Source: a virus
Direction: 5' to 3' (one strand)
Virus record (IMG/VR): IMGVR_UViG_3300011988_000002
Location: 1 to 64,000 of that record
DNA: 64,000 bases
Shown: positions 61,301 to 64,000 of the stretch, in pieces
Layout: each line of letters opens with the position of its first letter
Position numbering within the stretch: the first letter of the stretch is position 1
Made by a program: the position numbers and the translations under genes
Notes under the pieces: generated by a model
The model's input: only the letters and a program-made list of their open reading frames with translations
Databases searched by the model: none
What the model was told of the DNA's origin: nothing

Positions 61301-64000
61301 CTTATTTCCATATTGAAGTAAAGTTACGTAATGTGAACCATCATTATCTATATTTTGAAGTTGAAGTATTACAGATGATTTAGGACCACTAGCTATAGAT
61401 TTGAAGTTTTGAGGAGTAAATGTATTTTCACTTCCTTTATATTGAGTAACTTCCCATCCTATCTTTATAGCCATAGCTTTAAAGAATTCCATATTCACAC
61501 CATCATCTGTTAGATACTCATTAGCAATATCAAGCATTGCTTGTCCAGATATAGGTGGATATCCATGTCTTGTAATAGCTGCATTAAATGCACCAAGTGC
61601 ACAACCTGCAACAGATACTTTCTTTCCGTTTGCAAATGTAAGGTCTTTAAAATCACTCATACGCCAAGATGCTTGTGTATCTTGTGTAGTAGATTTGTCT
61701 CCATTACCAGAACCTCCACCTACTTCTGCTTTACGCATATTCATAAGTGTTGATATAAGCTGTTCTGATTCTCCACGAGACCTTGAGTCATTTACTATAT
61801 AACCTGATTGAAGCTTTTCATATATAATTCTGTCCCAAGCATCTCCTGCAATACCTTTAATGTTACCTAAATCAGCTTTAAAGTCGTTAAGTACAACTGT
61901 TTCTTGTATATCATACATAGCTTTACGTGTAATTGCATCTAAAGGCATTTGAGGATTCATATAAGATAAGTATCTTATATATGTTTTAGACAAGTTTTCA
62001 AGTCCCTTTGCAACGTCTGTACGAAGATTAAGTGCATCTGTAAGACCTTTACGCTTATCTTCATCAAGTTCGTCAAACCATTTCTTTACTGCTTTTTCTT
62101 TTTCTTCTGGACTCAAGTCTCCATTTTGCATTATATTATTAAATGCAGTCATATCAGAACTTCTTATTATTTCAGAAGGTAGCAAAACCTTACCATTTCT
62201 TATTGCACGTTCATAATTATGTTTTGAAAGTGCTGCTTCTAAGTATGGTTTACCAAATTTATATATTACATCTTTTCCAGATAAAGGTTTACCTGTTTTA
62301 GGATCTATTATTTCATTTTGTATAAATAAATCCATATCTTCTATATCTTTAAGCTCTTGCATATAAGTTCTATCTGCATAATATCTTCTCATAAGCTCTT
62401 GTATTTTTGCATCATTAAGATTATGTCCACCTTTTGAGAATCTATTAAACATAGCAAGTAGTTCTGGGTCTCTTATATCTTCAATGTTACCATTTAGATA
62501 GTTACTCAAACCTTCTTTAAAATCTTTATTTCTTTCAATTTGTGCATTTAAAGCATCTACTTTCATTCTTGCCATAGTTTTATCTCTTGTTTGCTTATAC
62601 ATATCACCTTTAGTTATAAACTTCATATCATGCATAGCTATATTACGTTGAGATAAGTCACGTTTACTTCTTTCAGATTCTTCTCTTAAATGGTAAGCTT
62701 CTTTATTTTTACCCTCAAGCATGTCTTTTCTTCTTTTCTTAGCTGCATCTTTTTCCTCTCTTGTTGCTCTATGGTCTTCTTCTATTTCTTGTAAATCTCT
62801 TGCAAAATCTCTAAGTTCTTCTATTCTTTTTGTATTTTCAACTATTCTTTTTTGAATTTCTACTCTTTCATCTTCAGTAATATCAGGGTCTTCAAGTCTT
62901 TTAGCAAGATTTTCACTATCTCTTTCTAAGTTACGTATCATATCTCTTGTAATATCGTTTTCTATTTGAGCATCTGTACGTCTATCTCTTATATTGAAAT
63001 ACTTCTTTACGAAATCAAACTTCATAAGAAATCTACCTAGTCTTTTAAAGATACCTTTTTTACTCTCATCATTATTATCAAAGAGTCTTTTTTGTGCAAA
63101 TCTCATAAGTGTAGGAGCAATAGACCCAGCAAGAAGTCCAGTCATAAGTCCAGCAAATGGTGATATAAGTGTTCCTAGTGGTCCCATTGCTTGAAATGCT
63201 TTCATAGTCATAGAACCAACTTTACCTCCAAGACCAATCGAAGGAAGCCACTTATTTATAAACTTTGCCATAAATATCTGTCTATTTGTAATCCCGTATT
63301 CATTTTTAAATTCACCTGCAGGACCTAGTATGTTTTCAATCTTTTCTCTGTTTTTAGCAAAACTCATTGCAACAGCACCAACTGTTGCCATCATTTTACC
63401 AAGCCAAGGTGATTGAATTATACCTTTTTGCTCAAGTAATTTACCTATTGCATATCCTGCACCTGCTCCACCTATTATACCCATATTACGTGTAACTTTA
63501 GCATCTTGGAATACATTTGTAAGCATTCTGTTAATACTTGTAATAGGAGTTGATATTTCAAAATCATCACCCATTCTTACACGTCTGTCTTCTCTTTCTA
63601 TACCTTGCATCATAGCTTCATTGTATCTAGAGTATTTAGCTTTAAGTTGATTTATTTGAAGCTCTCCCTTATCATTTATAAAAGGAACAAGTTGTGCTGG
63701 GTCAGATATAAAACCTAGTCTTTCATAATCTGACGCTTTTGCACCCATACCAACATAGTGTGCCATAGAAGCAGCAGTCATATTAGCACTGTGCATCTTT
63801 GTATATATAGCATTTGCTTTAAAGTACTTGTTAAGTTCTTTATCAAGCTTTTCATTATCTTCATCTGTAAGTTCATTATTATAGTATCTATTTCTAAGAC
63901 CTTTATCAGTAAGACCACCATTATTTATCATAATCTTTATATTTTCAAGTCTTTGTTGCTTTAAAGCTTTATCACGTTGTTCAGCAGTCATATTCTTCAT
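58355..64000 (-). CDS. tail tape-measure-like or virion-associated peptidoglycan hydrolase, 5'-truncated at the window edge (more than 1881 aa), with lytic transglycosylase (SLT) and M23 peptidase domains
   Basis: SLT motif AIAGKESGFDANAGARTSSAKGLFQFTSATW. M23 motifs HRGIDIRAYKGTPIFATHSG and GSHLHYEV. Long charged helical regions. A Cys...His segment (VAGCALGAF...GSHYVTLL) may be a cysteine-peptidase domain. Confidence 0.8.
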   Translation of the reverse strand: MKNMTAEQRDKALKQQRLENIKIMINNGGLTDKGLRNRYYNNELTDEDNEKLDKELNKYFKANAIYTKMHSANMTAASMAHYVGMGAKASDYERLGFISDPAQLVPFINDKGELQINQLKAKYSRYNEAMMQGIEREDRRVRMGDDFEISTPITSINRMLTNVFQDAKVTRNMGIIGGAGAGYAIGKLLEQKGIIQSPWLGKMMATVGAVAMSFAKNREKIENILGPAGEFKNEYGITNRQIFMAKFINKWLPSIGLGGKVGSMTMKAFQAMGPLGTLISPFAGLMTGLLAGSIAPTLMRFAQKRLFDNNDESKKGIFKRLGRFLMKFDFVKKYFNIRDRRTDAQIENDITRDMIRNLERDSENLAKRLEDPDITEDERVEIQKRIVENTKRIEELRDFARDLQEIEEDHRATREEKDAAKKRRKDMLEGKNKEAYHLREESERSKRDLSQRNIAMHDMKFITKGDMYKQTRDKTMARMKVDALNAQIERNKDFKEGLSNYLNGNIEDIRDPELLAMFNRFSKGGHNLNDAKIQELMRRYYADRTYMQELKDIEDMDLFIQNEIIDPKTGKPLSGKDVIYKFGKPYLEAALSKHNYERAIRNGKVLLPSEIIRSSDMTAFNNIMQNGDLSPEEKEKAVKKWFDELDEDKRKGLTDALNLRTDVAKGLENLSKTYIRYLSYMNPQMPLDAITRKAMYDIQETVVLNDFKADLGNIKGIAGDAWDRIIYEKLQSGYIVNDSRSRGESEQLISTLMNMRKAEVGGGSGNGDKSTTQDTQASWRMSDFKDLTFANGKKVSVAGCALGAFNAAITRHGYPPISGQAMLDIANEYLTDDGVNMEFFKAMAIKIGWEVTQYKGSENTFTPQNFKSIASGPKSSVILQLQNIDNDGSHYVTLLQYGNKKCQICDPQAQVYKTEILTGDILARLISVTVLTHPGDSSLKADSDMSKVEKFKKNFKERARDAVKSTLKSNGIGMAVYGLYKLGKYIGNKGSSTGLVPTGATNADGTPVVSDESNETQDPIVSKLQEILDKINDFVNVRIIGDDTIALTNTDLESSKTALQMSYQDAKTPKDKNRLHHIRQMFSKPSFQRDQIKKEKVEDAILNGALGGTGTTQTTQGVTSQVEAAKKTGGGVVDTIKNGLSMLGITSLLTKGKALMSKLWGGVKNVASKTWGLVTNGLSKVNAFAQTGLGATLTWTGLAFLQRYLANKATEMTGRKEEEFYAMGEGNDNGDGSMFDKNGKWLDPAKKAERDKAFMSKMTSYVDTPEWYEFVKAHQGDSDYSYRMAKMEFINSEKLNKYPLKVRESFSKPDKKERDLKYLLDRQQALKGEKGGPSDIKPINFGRLRANKVAKFKYGSYPAINGALGLVQNAAAAAFGGNNFGLTMGVGTGLQGDFSKITNGNNDTIAIISKVAQITGVDENLMMAIAGKESGFDANAGARTSSAKGLFQFTSATWKDVTNKHASKIGLTPQDMQRGMGTGQDPRFNPYMNAFMGAFHLADEYKIARQHAGRDPLPEEVYMVHAFGFSGARKYIQASKDAIGIQLETSKSVIDANPYFFYEGGKKRIRPFTVSEMYTWFKNGLISGLDVRNKKSGTAINYAGAFGLSTSGDTIYKPDKIDSTVKYGESIGKTYAGIMNNMPIKGSKNDVVVTSAFGPRNVKGGSNPHRGIDIRAYKGTPIFATHSGKITSNTSNFGIVQITDDKGISTRYLHLSRRTPLKIGEFVKAGQQIGEAGGVGPNGRVDAYGSHLHYEVIDANGNKIDPFKVLDLSYNNLKMTEAENIAYAQRNGLKGATSNMSKSRGEEKGDGPVNQDNRPVQIVNTSDNDKTIGVLIKVMSSLFSGLMKQQAKTTEVLTQILTFMQSESRDNFLINNARSIAKSKY

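Noticed and set aside
1-64000. Search for CRISPR arrays, tRNAs, reverse transcriptase or DGR elements, and an Mre11 partner
   Set aside because: No regularly spaced direct repeats, no tRNA-like T-loop or acceptor structures in the non-coding gaps, no YxDD RT motif in any ORF, and no metallophosphatase motifs were seen by eye. A computational scan (tRNAscan, CRISPR finder, HMMs) would be needed to be definitive.

Overview
This window is a gene-dense, AT-rich (roughly 30% GC) segment of a large tailed dsDNA phage genome, a T4-like or jumbo-type myovirus of a low-GC host. Almost all genes are on the minus strand. Intergenic regions are short and carry many rho-independent terminators.

Three modules are visible:
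- Replication and recombination module (1-17.4 kb): a DHH/DHHA1 phosphoesterase, an SNF2-family helicase interrupted by an ORF-carrying group I intron, a host-like gyrB-gyrA type IIA topoisomerase pair, and, further downstream, a DnaG-like primase and a Rad50/SbcC-like ATPase.
- Accessory region (17.4-30 kb): an SPFH-domain protein, tandem paralogs, a plus-strand Lipase_3 island, and an array of small membrane proteins.
- Virion structural module (30-64 kb): ends in a 5'-truncated tape-measure-like protein with lytic transglycosylase and M23 peptidase domains.

The most notable finding is two related self-splicing group I introns in two different essential genes. One sits in the helicase and carries a 197-aa ORF that is not a homing endonuclease; the other is an ORF-less 299-nt intron in gyrB. 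Both are inserted at the same 13-nt sequence and share the same internal guide sequence. In addition, gyrA is interrupted by a single in-frame TAA at a position where the protein alignment remains colinear. No CRISPR array, tRNA or reverse transcriptase was found.
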